Shown here one piece after another: positions 31,356 to 39,783 of a stretch of DNA of 64,000 nt. A model generated the notes under the pieces. That model was not told the origin of the DNA and made no database searches. It saw nothing but the letters and a program-made list of their open reading frames with translations. Location: positions 5,148-69,147 of the forward strand of contig JAKQKX010000065.1 in the NCBI GenBank assembly GCA_029560465.1. The letters run 5' to 3'. The translations under genes and the position numbers were made by a program. Source of the stretch: Candidatus Omnitrophota bacterium (GTDB taxonomy: Bacteria; Omnitrophota; Gorgyraeia; Zapsychrales; JANLHA01). Position 1 is the first letter of the stretch. Each line of letters starts with the position of its first letter.

Positions 31356-32039
31356 TTACCATTCATTAGTGAACACCGTTGTCCTGAGCTGAAGCGGGTT
31401 AACAAAACGTTTCAAGGACCGGTAGTCCGCCATGCGGATATCTTCATGTTCAATCTGCAAAGCATAATCATTTTTTATTTCGTGGTCCGGGTGTTCCACC
31501 ACGAAACCGATACCATTCGTCCACATCGATATAAATTTTTCATCTTTAATTGTCATATTCCCGACCGCCGGGTCAGCGATGAATACCCTGTCACCGAAAA
31601 CACCCTTAACGACAACAAAATGCCGGTAATTTTTAAACTTGATAGGCACCAGAACCGGTTTCCCAATGGACTTTAAATACTCAAAATCCATGCGGTATCC
31701 TGTCACTTTATAGCCACGGGACTGAGCGAACTTCTTCAAATCAAATAATGAAAATCCCTGCCGTGCCATCACCTTTTCTAAAGGAATCGTGTTCAGGAGG
31801 GAATTAATGATTTCGATTTCAGGGATCGGGTCATTCAAGTAATAATTAAACAAAGTGGCTAACCCGGCCGCGCCGCAGCTGTAGTCCCAGCCTTGTGTCA
31901 CGACATTCTCCTGCCGGATCTCTTTCAAACTCCTGACTTTCTTGTTAAAACCCATCCCCCCAACCGAGAAGCTGGCCGCATTCGCAGGAAGCGCGAGGGC
32001 GCATAAAAGGCAGACAGTGATAAAAAAGTTTTTAAACAT
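31356..32039 (-). CDS. secreted stand-alone C39 family cysteine peptidase (FapD-like)
   Basis: Sec signal peptide; Q..DYSCGAA (Cys), YRHFVV (His), FIADPAVG (Asp); no ABC domain. Confidence 0.92.
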   Translation of the reverse strand: MFKNFFITVCLLCALALPANAASFSVGGMGFNKKVRSLKEIRQENVVTQGWDYSCGAAGLATLFNYYLNDPIPEIEIINSLLNTIPLEKVMARQGFSLFDLKKFAQSRGYKVTGYRMDFEYLKSIGKPVLVPIKFKNYRHFVVVKGVFGDRVFIADPAVGNMTIKDEKFISMWTNGIGFVVEHPDHEIKNDYALQIEHEDIRMADYRSLKRFVNPLQLRTTVFTNEW

Positions 32040-32094
32040 TGTTATATTGTAAACGAATTAACGGCGGGACGCAACTGATTAATATGAAAGAGGT

Positions 32095-32553
32095 TTATGG
32101 CGCGATAATAAGATTATTGTTACTCATCACATTGCCGGCGATCGTTGAATTGATGATAACATTCAAATTGAGGCCGACTAAGACATTGCTGCCTGCCGCA
32201 TTGACATTGATGAGGCTATTGGCGAATTGCTGGGCATAATCCTGCAAATTAATGTAATTGATATCACCGGAACCCGTACTGAATATAGGACTCGATCCCC
32301 TATCCCCGCTAAAAAACAGCGTCGCATCCCCATTCGCCTCCAAAGTGAAATTCAGTTCCGGCGGCATAAATATTTTATCAAAATTTCCAAAAAAATCATT
32401 GAATCCGCTGAAATTAAACCCCTGCGCATAAATCTGATCTAATTCTTCATCAGACAAGAGGACTGCGGTTCCTGAGGCCACGGCCATGGAAACGGCGGTA
32501 TTCAAACACAAGAAAACAGCCGTTATAATCATAATCACACACTTTCGAACCAT
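32095..32553 (-). CDS. small secreted Fap-like accessory/nucleator subunit (one Asn-rich repeat)
   Basis: Signal peptide, LSDEELDQIYAQG motif, C-terminal AQQFANSLINVNAAGSNVLVGLNL matching the repeats of the 822-aa protein. Confidence 0.7.
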   Translation of the reverse strand: MVRKCVIMIITAVFLCLNTAVSMAVASGTAVLLSDEELDQIYAQGFNFSGFNDFFGNFDKIFMPPELNFTLEANGDATLFFSGDRGSSPIFSTGSGDINYINLQDYAQQFANSLINVNAAGSNVLVGLNLNVIINSTIAGNVMSNNNLIIAP

Positions 32554-32592
32554 CCCTGGGGCCTCTTTCTTTTAATAGTACTTTATTAAGAA

Positions 32593-32626
32593 TTTTTAGG
32601 GGGGAGGATCGCCTCCCCCCTAAAAA
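32593..32626 (-). terminator. 15-bp perfect hairpin after the major fibre gene (stabiliser or weak terminator)
   Basis: TTTTTAGGGGGGAGG-ATCG-CCTCCCCCCTAAAAA. Confidence 0.7.
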
Positions 32627-32643
32627 ATCCGATTTAACTCTTA

Positions 32644-35112
32644 TTAAAGACCATTCGTCACGTTTGCGATGTTGGACTGATTGATCGTACCGTTCAAACT
32701 GCCTGTTGCGCTCATGATATTCGTTTGAACCGCTACGCCCGACCCAACCGCATTCACAGTACTCAACGCAGTGATTCCGGCTTGTGAAGAACCGGATAAT
32801 ATCAACACGTTTTTCTCGCTCTTGTTTTGACGATTTGTGTTGTTGACTTCAGCTATGTTTGTGATGGTCTGACTTGCGTCATTCGTTGTAGCTTCAATGT
32901 CGTTCGTTTCAACTGAATTCTCGGTCTTCTCATACTGATCTTTGAATTCATCATTGTTACGAGCTTGTGCACCTTCAGAAGCCTGCTCTTCGTCATGGTT
33001 AAACGTCGTTGATAAGGCTCCTTCAGCTTCGAAGTTGCTCGTTGTTGACGCACTGCTCTCATCAGAATGATCAGTCGTGTCAATCGAGTCGGTCGAAGCA
33101 GCAACATCACGGGATGCTGATGTGGATAAAGCGTCAGAATCCGTGTACCCGATCGTCAAACTGTTAGAGGACTCCGAAGAATCCGCCTCAGAGGCTGAAG
33201 CAGAAGCCGCATCGTCATACGCTACGTTTAATGAACCGGAAGCGGTTGTTTCAGAAGAAGAAGCGGCTGACGCGGAGTCATTGTAAGTAGCATCCACGGA
33301 ATTAGAAGCCGTTGTTTCCGAAGAAGCGGCGGCTGACGCGGAATCATCATATGCCGCGTTTAAAGAACCGGAAGCTGTCGTGTCAGAAGAAGAAGCGGCT
33401 GACGCAGAATCATTGTAAGTGGCATCCACGGAATTAGAAGCCGTTGTTTCCGAAGAAGCGGCGGCTGACGCGGAATCACTATAGGTTGCGTCTAATGAAC
33501 CGGAAGCAGTGGTGTTTTCAGAAGCGGCCACAGATTGCTGAGCTTCACCAGAAGCTGCCGCATTGGCAGAATCAGATGCAGAGTCATTATAAGTCGCATT
33601 CAGATTTCCACCTTGAGTACTATTGGACTCTGCAGAGCTTGAGCTGGCAGCAGAATCATTGTAAGTCGCAGAAAGCGCGCCAGAGGCATCCGTGCCTTCA
33701 GAACTCGCTGCTGACGTTGATGCTGTGTTATCTTTGCTGTCATACGTATCACCGCGAGAAGCAACACCTTCAACCGTAGTGGTTGATGTTGCGCAATCTG
33801 CGCAAGTGTCTGTGGTCTGGGTATACGTCCCATCAAGCGCCTGGGCGCTTGTGGATGTTTCTCCATCCGTAGCCGATGAACTGCTTGAAGATTCCGACGC
33901 CGCATTATCAGAATATTGGGCATTGGCATCTAAAGTAGCGGATGTCGCGTCTTGAGCCGCAGCCTGCTCAGAGGCGCTGTCTGACGCGGAATAATCAGCT
34001 TCCAAGGAAGAGGCTGTCGCGCTGTCAGACTGTGAACTGCTTTCATACTGGGCGGCTTGGCTGGCGCTTGCTTCATAAGCGGCACTGTCAGAATAATCAG
34101 CCTCTGCACTTAACGTCGCATCAGTTGCTTCTTGCGATTGCGAAGCAGAACTATCAGAGGAAGCGGAATCCGCTGCAAATGTCGCGGAGGTCGCTTCTTC
34201 TGACTGGGCGGCTTCACTGTCAGAATAATTAACAGCTACGTCTAAGGACGCGCTGGTTGCTTCTTGTGATTGCGAAGCAGAACTATCAGAGGAAGCGGAA
34301 TCCGCTGCAAATGTCGCGGAGGTCGCTTCTTCTGACTGGGCGGCCGCACTGTCAGAATACTGAGCTTCAGCATCTAATGACGCAGACGTCGACTCGGCTG
34401 ATTCAGATTCAGACGTGTGAGCGGCTGACTGCTGAGCCTGCTGGTCATAATCAAACGTCGTGTCATTCGATGCGCTGAACTGCGCGTCGGCGCTGTCTGT
34501 TGCCGCGGCGTGATCTTCGCTCAAAGTTGAATCAGTGACTTTAGACGCTGTATCAGAAGTAGCAGAGGTCGATCCGGAAGCGGATGCGTCTAAGGTAGCC
34601 GATGTAGATTCGGAAGAGCTGCTCGCTGCCGAAGACTGCTCATTGTCATAAATTTGAGTATTGTCTTCTTTTTCCCACAGGTCAGAAGTTTTCACCGTGG
34701 TCTCTTTTGACCAAGCATTGACCTGATCCTGTTCCACGATATTCGTGGCCTTGGTGGACACGGAATAATCTTCGGAAGGATTCATGTTGACGACATTCGC
34801 GGCGTTGCTCTGGCTCGCCTCTACGTCAGCCTGATCTTCGGAGTTGCCGACGTTGGTCTGCACGGCAACCGCACTGTCAACGGTGTTGACAACACTCAAT
34901 CCCGTTAAATTTTCCTGTGCTCCACTTTCAGATTTGAGTTTATTTTCGCTGAAATAAACATCTTCCACCACATCACCTTCAGCAATCACAATCCATTCAC
35001 CAGCCGCGATTTCGTCCATCTCGGAATCGGAAAGCGCGATGCCTTCCGCATAACCGGCCACCGGATAAGCGGCGAACGCCACGGCTAGAATCCAAATAAG
35101 TAATTTTTTCAT
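32644..35112 (-). CDS. secreted 822-aa Fap-like major subunit: two amyloid-type repeats bracketing a ~650-aa mirror-symmetric Ser/Ala/acidic insert with central CxxC
   Basis: Signal peptide; R1 AQENLTGLSVVNTVDSAVAVQTNV and R2 SQAGITALSTVNAVGSGVAVQTNI; 22-aa periodic repeats; CADC at aa 437-440. Confidence 0.8.
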   Translation of the reverse strand: MKKLLIWILAVAFAAYPVAGYAEGIALSDSEMDEIAAGEWIVIAEGDVVEDVYFSENKLKSESGAQENLTGLSVVNTVDSAVAVQTNVGNSEDQADVEASQSNAANVVNMNPSEDYSVSTKATNIVEQDQVNAWSKETTVKTSDLWEKEDNTQIYDNEQSSAASSSSESTSATLDASASGSTSATSDTASKVTDSTLSEDHAAATDSADAQFSASNDTTFDYDQQAQQSAAHTSESESAESTSASLDAEAQYSDSAAAQSEEATSATFAADSASSDSSASQSQEATSASLDVAVNYSDSEAAQSEEATSATFAADSASSDSSASQSQEATDATLSAEADYSDSAAYEASASQAAQYESSSQSDSATASSLEADYSASDSASEQAAAQDATSATLDANAQYSDNAASESSSSSSATDGETSTSAQALDGTYTQTTDTCADCATSTTTVEGVASRGDTYDSKDNTASTSAASSEGTDASGALSATYNDSAASSSSAESNSTQGGNLNATYNDSASDSANAAASGEAQQSVAASENTTASGSLDATYSDSASAAASSETTASNSVDATYNDSASAASSSDTTASGSLNAAYDDSASAAASSETTASNSVDATYNDSASAASSSETTASGSLNVAYDDAASASASEADSSESSNSLTIGYTDSDALSTSASRDVAASTDSIDTTDHSDESSASTTSNFEAEGALSTTFNHDEEQASEGAQARNNDEFKDQYEKTENSVETNDIEATTNDASQTITNIAEVNNTNRQNKSEKNVLILSGSSQAGITALSTVNAVGSGVAVQTNIMSATGSLNGTINQSNIANVTNGL
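33211..33510 (-). repeat. 66-nt (22-aa) coding tandem repeats with 132-nt super-period, C-terminal arm
   Basis: TASGSL(D/N)A.Y.DSASAAASSET alternating with TASNSVDATYNDSASAASSS.T. Confidence 0.9.
34078..34389 (-). repeat. 66-nt (22-aa) coding tandem repeats with 132-nt super-period, N-terminal arm
   Basis: TSASLD....YSDS.AAQSEEA alternating with TSATFAADSASSDSSASQSQEA. Confidence 0.9.
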
Positions 35113-35503
35113 TCTTATCCTCTCTTTAACTCGGCAAGGGCGAGAATGCCGACTGCGCTTCTCATTAACCCTTTGTTCCCAAACTTAATTCATCCTTATA
35201 AAAATTAACCCAAAACCGCCACTGCTATCAATAATCCGCACTCACCTCCTTTCAACTCTTTAACAATAAAAAACCCGGCAACTCGCCAAACCTGCTGGCC
35301 TGTTTCCGGGTATGACATTATATGACGTTATGTATTTCATAAGCAAAATTGACAGCGTACTTGAAGTAGGACCTATTTTAGCAATAAACGTGTCTTGCGC
35401 AATGGTCGCATTTGTTCATTTATTGGAAATTTTTGTCTTGATCACACCGATATATGAAGGGTAAGGCAACAGTATTTTTATAGCATTCTAAAAATGCTAA
35501 ACA

Positions 35504-36367
35504 TCAAGCGCGGGCCTCCATCTGGGCAAATCCTTGGCGGACTTTAGGTAAGGTTAAACGGCGGGACGTCTGATAAACACGGTAAAAACCCGGAGTCTTC
35601 CCATACGCCTTCTTAAACACCTTGCAAAAATAGCCCGGGTCTTCATACCCGCAGGTATAAGCGATCTCCGAAACTGACAAACTCTTATTCTGCAAAAGAC
35701 GGGAAGCGACTTGCAATCGGGTGTTATTAAGATACTGGGTAAAATTGGTTTTTAACACTTTCTTAATTAACCGGCTGAGATAATGATAGCTTAATCCGGT
35801 TTCTTCACAAAGATGCCGCAGGGAAAGATCCGGCTGGTGGTAATTTGTGCTTATATAACGGGCCACCTTCTCGACAACTTTCTGTTGATAACTCATTGTA
35901 TTATCTTTAAGATTCGAGAACAAGGTCAACTCTTCCCTGATATCCGACAAAAAATTTTCCAAAAGATTAACGATCGCTTTAATCTGTTGATGGCTGAGGC
36001 GGAAATGCGGGGTTTCCAAGACAAGCAAATAACCCACAATATCCTGACGGATTTCAATAGGGAGCAAAATCTTGGCAAACCCGGCCCGGCACTTGTCAAC
36101 CTGGATTTTCCCGGAACTGGTTGCTTTCTCTATAATAGAGGAAATCAGGGAATCACACACCTCAGTCCGGGACTGACAATCCGCGTGGAAATCCTGAATG
36201 TTCTCATGTTGAGGATTATGCAAAGCGGGAGAATAATTGCATTTAAAAATCCGGCCATCCAATGACCGGATTTCCAAGGTGGCGCCACAAAGGATACAGA
36301 TCACTTCTTGGATATGTTTGAACGCATGAGCTTCTTCAAAATACTCTAAGAGAGTATTAAAGTTCAT
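35504..36367 (-). CDS. AraC-family transcriptional regulator with PocR-like N-terminal sensor domain
   Basis: DKCRAGFAKILLPI...IVGYL (PocR-like); C-terminal HTH SVSEIAYTCGYEDPGYFCKVFKK. Confidence 0.9.
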   Translation of the reverse strand: MNFNTLLEYFEEAHAFKHIQEVICILCGATLEIRSLDGRIFKCNYSPALHNPQHENIQDFHADCQSRTEVCDSLISSIIEKATSSGKIQVDKCRAGFAKILLPIEIRQDIVGYLLVLETPHFRLSHQQIKAIVNLLENFLSDIREELTLFSNLKDNTMSYQQKVVEKVARYISTNYHQPDLSLRHLCEETGLSYHYLSRLIKKVLKTNFTQYLNNTRLQVASRLLQNKSLSVSEIAYTCGYEDPGYFCKVFKKAYGKTPGFYRVYQTSRRLTLPKVRQGFAQMEARA

Positions 36368-36521
36368 CGAGTCCTCCTTCGTTAGCTATATTAAGGAACA
36401 TGAAATTCCATATCTTTTTAATTTAATTATGACAAATTGTCAACATGACACAACAGGACAATCCCAGACATGGACACACGTGGAAACAGTATGACACAAG
36501 ATTAAAAGTAAATATTAGATG

Positions 36522-37415
36522 TTAATACTGGACATAAACTTTAACTTCTTTAAGGTGGGTTTCGGACTTTTGGGAGGAGCCCGACGATGCCAGGGATTTC
36601 TTATTAAGGCCGTCCTGGGCGTTCTGGAAATTCTGGCGGAGACAGGCCAGGGGCTGTTCGTACCCGAGGATAAACAACCCGTTCACAAGCTCCAGGTATT
36701 GAATAAAATATTGAATCGCGAAGAGGTAATTCCATTCCACGCCAACCGCCGAAGGCCCGGGCGCGAATGTTAAAGTTTTATGCCCCTGGATAATATACTC
36801 CTTGTCCCCAAGGATCGTCGGGTGAGAAAACCGCGAGCATTGCCGGAACATGGATTCGTACTCCTGGTGCAGTTCGCGGCTGACAATCCGCGCCATATCT
36901 TTGACCGTTCTCCCGGACCAGGTCACCAGGGCCCGGTCTGAAGTAACACGGTATTTCTTCTTAAAATCTTCAACATGCGAGAGGACCAGGGCTTTCTTTT
37001 CCAAAAATTCCTTCTGGCTTTTTTCCGGGGCGCGGCGCAGGGAGAGTTCTTCTTCAGCGATCGAACGCTTGAAAATGACCCACTTATATTCTACAAACCG
37101 CCTGGCTTTTTCATCCGCCTTATGGGGATCATAAATAATATACTGTACCGTAATCAGGTTTTCCAACAGGCTCCTGAGCAGGGCCGAAACATCCTGCCCA
37201 TACCCACGCTGGCATAAGACTTCAATCGCCGCGAAAGTTTTGACCGCCCGGGTCATGATAAAGAGAAAAATTCGCTTATGCGCCGGGAGGTCAAAAAGCT
37301 TAATATTTCTCCTGTTAATTTCCTGAAACAGCGTCCTCCCCAGGTCATGGGCCGCTTTTCCGGCCTGGGCCAGCTCAAGGCAAGAAATAAAGTTGTGATC
37401 CATATTCTTAGTCAT
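36522..37415 (-). CDS. DUF5677-like hypothetical protein
   Basis: LLRSLLENLI, WSGRTVKDMA, YESMFRQCSRFSHP motifs. Confidence 0.65.
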   Translation of the reverse strand: MTKNMDHNFISCLELAQAGKAAHDLGRTLFQEINRRNIKLFDLPAHKRIFLFIMTRAVKTFAAIEVLCQRGYGQDVSALLRSLLENLITVQYIIYDPHKADEKARRFVEYKWVIFKRSIAEEELSLRRAPEKSQKEFLEKKALVLSHVEDFKKKYRVTSDRALVTWSGRTVKDMARIVSRELHQEYESMFRQCSRFSHPTILGDKEYIIQGHKTLTFAPGPSAVGVEWNYLFAIQYFIQYLELVNGLFILGYEQPLACLRQNFQNAQDGLNKKSLASSGSSQKSETHLKEVKVYVQY

Positions 37416-38773
37416 TGTCTTCGAGAGAAAACCGCCCGGTCAAGTCGCCGTTCCAGCGGCAGGCCTTCCCAGGCCTCTGTCTGTTCCATGCACAAATAAA
37501 CCGGAACACCCTCATCCTCTTCCCGGATACTGTTCAACATGCTTTTATAAATCGTTCTCCTCACATTCAAGGGATACCGTAATTTCCCGTCATAACCAGG
37601 CACAAGTTCCCCGCCAAGGATGCGGGATGCCGGGAAACGGGATTCCATCACCTGTTTAAGCCGCGGCATCATCCGCAAGCATCCCAAGCTGATCCAGGCC
37701 ATCCTCTCCGGAGGCACAGCTTCAAATAAACGTCGGACCACCCCTCGGTACTCTTCTTCCCACCCCTCATCATACACGATCGGGTCGAAATGAAACGACA
37801 CACGCCAGCCCCGGCCAGCACATTTCTGAGCAGCCGCCAGGCGCTGCTCCAGCGATGCCGTCCCTTGTTCGTCACGGGCAACCACCCGTTCGGGATTCAG
37901 GGACCAACCGACACAGACATTCGGCGAAGAGTCCTCTTCCAATAATAAACTTATATTATCACTTTTAGTTTTAAATTCAAAGAACCAGTCCGGATGCCGC
38001 CGCATGAAATGGATGATGTGACGGGAATATTCTGTAAAATGATCCAACGCCAGGGAATCGCTAAATTGCCCGGTCCCGATCCGCCACGGGCCCCCGTGAG
38101 CTTCCAAGCTCCGGAAAAAATCATTAATATTCGAGGGAAAAACAATCCCCGGGGAGTTCAGATATCCTTGCATAAAGCAATATGTACAGTCAAAAGGACA
38201 CCCCTGGCCCAAATTCAGGACAGCGTAACCGCAAGAAACCGACCCTTTTGAGCAGGGACACGCTTGCCAGAATTGATGCTTTTCCCGGACGACAAAAAAC
38301 ACCTCTGCCCGTCGGTTGTACTCCGCGACGGAAAACGCCTGTTGGCGGCAATACTGCTTATACGAAACAACCAGCTCTATCGGGACGCCAGGAAGCATCC
38401 GCCGCAGGCGCTGGGCCAACGGATCAGCCAACAATGGTTCTTCCACCAATATCCTTTTCGGCTTAAAGTGACACGCCTTGGACTCCGCATCCGGTATCGG
38501 GCAGGGCTCCGGTATTTTCAAAAAACGCTGCAGTCCCCTTCTCTGAAACGCCGGCATATTCGGATACCGGCGTTTCGTCAAAAACGCTTTGACTTGCCGA
38601 AATGAGCAACTCTGCTGTACCCTTTCCGGTAAAACAGCCTGGACAGGGCAGCCGTCGCGCCTGACAATTTCAAACAGCAAACGTGAAATTTCCTGCTTTT
38701 TATTCACGCCAAAAGCCGGGAAGGTTTCATCCGTATAACGCTGAATCGAGACAGCTGAAGTCATCGCGTCCAT
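37412..38773 (-). CDS. spore-photoproduct-lyase-like radical SAM protein
   Basis: GCPFDCTYCFMQ, RIGTGQFSDSLA, FEFKTKS, WSLNP, HFDPI, YLCME. Confidence 0.88.
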   Translation of the reverse strand: MDAMTSAVSIQRYTDETFPAFGVNKKQEISRLLFEIVRRDGCPVQAVLPERVQQSCSFRQVKAFLTKRRYPNMPAFQRRGLQRFLKIPEPCPIPDAESKACHFKPKRILVEEPLLADPLAQRLRRMLPGVPIELVVSYKQYCRQQAFSVAEYNRRAEVFFVVREKHQFWQACPCSKGSVSCGYAVLNLGQGCPFDCTYCFMQGYLNSPGIVFPSNINDFFRSLEAHGGPWRIGTGQFSDSLALDHFTEYSRHIIHFMRRHPDWFFEFKTKSDNISLLLEEDSSPNVCVGWSLNPERVVARDEQGTASLEQRLAAAQKCAGRGWRVSFHFDPIVYDEGWEEEYRGVVRRLFEAVPPERMAWISLGCLRMMPRLKQVMESRFPASRILGGELVPGYDGKLRYPLNVRRTIYKSMLNSIREEDEGVPVYLCMEQTEAWEGLPLERRLDRAVFSRRQ

Positions 38774-39685
38774 TTATAACCGTCCAATACCTTCCAGTTC
38801 TTCGTCTGACAAATCCCAGTCTGCCGCGGCCATATTATCATTCACCTGCTGAGCGGTACGGCACCCGACAACAACACTGGAAACACCTGCCTGTTGGCGC
38901 GCCCAGTTGATCGCCGTCTGATTGATCGGGCGCCCGATTTTGCGAAAAGCATCCAATACCGCCTGCGCTTTCTGGAAAGGTGCCCCGGTATAAAATTTAT
39001 AAAAAAAACTCCGGGCGTCAGCCTTATCTAAAACAGGGGGCACCGCATATTTCCCTGTCAGGAGACCCCCTCCCAAAGCGCCGTACGCAAAAACCGCCAG
39101 CCCCTCCTTCCGGCAAAACGGGAGCAACTCTCTGAGAATATCCTGGGTTAAGGCCGACAGCTGGCTCTGGGCCGAAAATACCGCTGTATAAGTCATGGCT
39201 TCTTTCAATTGCTCCGAGGAGAAATTGGACACGCCGATATGCCGGATTTTTCCTTCCCCCTGGAGTTTGCACATGGCGCTCATGGTCTCTTCCAAAGGAG
39301 TTTTCGGGTCCGGCCAATGACACTGATACACATCAATATATTCTGTCCCCAGTCGCCGCAAAGATTGTTCCACTTCAGAGCGTATACTGACGGCCTTGAG
39401 GTTGATCATAACGCGGCGGCCCTGGCGGATCAACCCGCATTTCGTTGCGATAATGACCTTGTCACGCCGCCCCTTGATAGCCTGGCCGACCAGGGTTTCC
39501 GCCTGGCCTTGACCATAAACCGGAGCCGTATCGATACAGGTCACACCCGCGTCCAACGCCGCATGAATAGCGTTAAGACTCTCCCTATCATCGCTTCCTC
39601 CCCAATTCTCCCCACCATACACCCATGTTCCCAAAGTCAATGCGGAAATCCGCAACCCCGGATAAACCTCCTTAATATATTTCAT
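38774..39685 (-). CDS. aldo/keto reductase
   Basis: IDTAPVYG, IATKCG, SLRRLGTEYIDVYQCHWP, IGVSNF. Confidence 0.95.
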   Translation of the reverse strand: MKYIKEVYPGLRISALTLGTWVYGGENWGGSDDRESLNAIHAALDAGVTCIDTAPVYGQGQAETLVGQAIKGRRDKVIIATKCGLIRQGRRVMINLKAVSIRSEVEQSLRRLGTEYIDVYQCHWPDPKTPLEETMSAMCKLQGEGKIRHIGVSNFSSEQLKEAMTYTAVFSAQSQLSALTQDILRELLPFCRKEGLAVFAYGALGGGLLTGKYAVPPVLDKADARSFFYKFYTGAPFQKAQAVLDAFRKIGRPINQTAINWARQQAGVSSVVVGCRTAQQVNDNMAAADWDLSDEELEGIGRL

Positions 39686-39783
39686 CCCCCATCCTTTCAA
39701 TCTGTTCTATAATAAACATCCCTGTGATATAATGTTCCATTCTAACATATTTCAATAAAAATAAGAATTATCCTCTAAAGATC

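Noticed and set aside
33793-33804. CADC as a heme c attachment site
   Set aside because: The sequence is CxxCA, lacking the His of CxxCH.
33211-34389. Regular DNA repeats as a CRISPR array
   Set aside because: Units are 66/132 nt, in frame within a CDS, with no unique spacers and no cas genes.
31356-35112. Bacteriocin/RiPP cluster (C39 + double-glycine leaders)
   Set aside because: The peptidase and substrates have Sec signals; there is no ABC/HlyD or modifying enzyme; the barrel context fits a Fap-like system.
35380-35395. Sigma54 promoter-like AGACACGTTTATTGCT (minus strand) upstream of the fibre gene
   Set aside because: The invariant -24 GG is GA, so it is not supportable without data.
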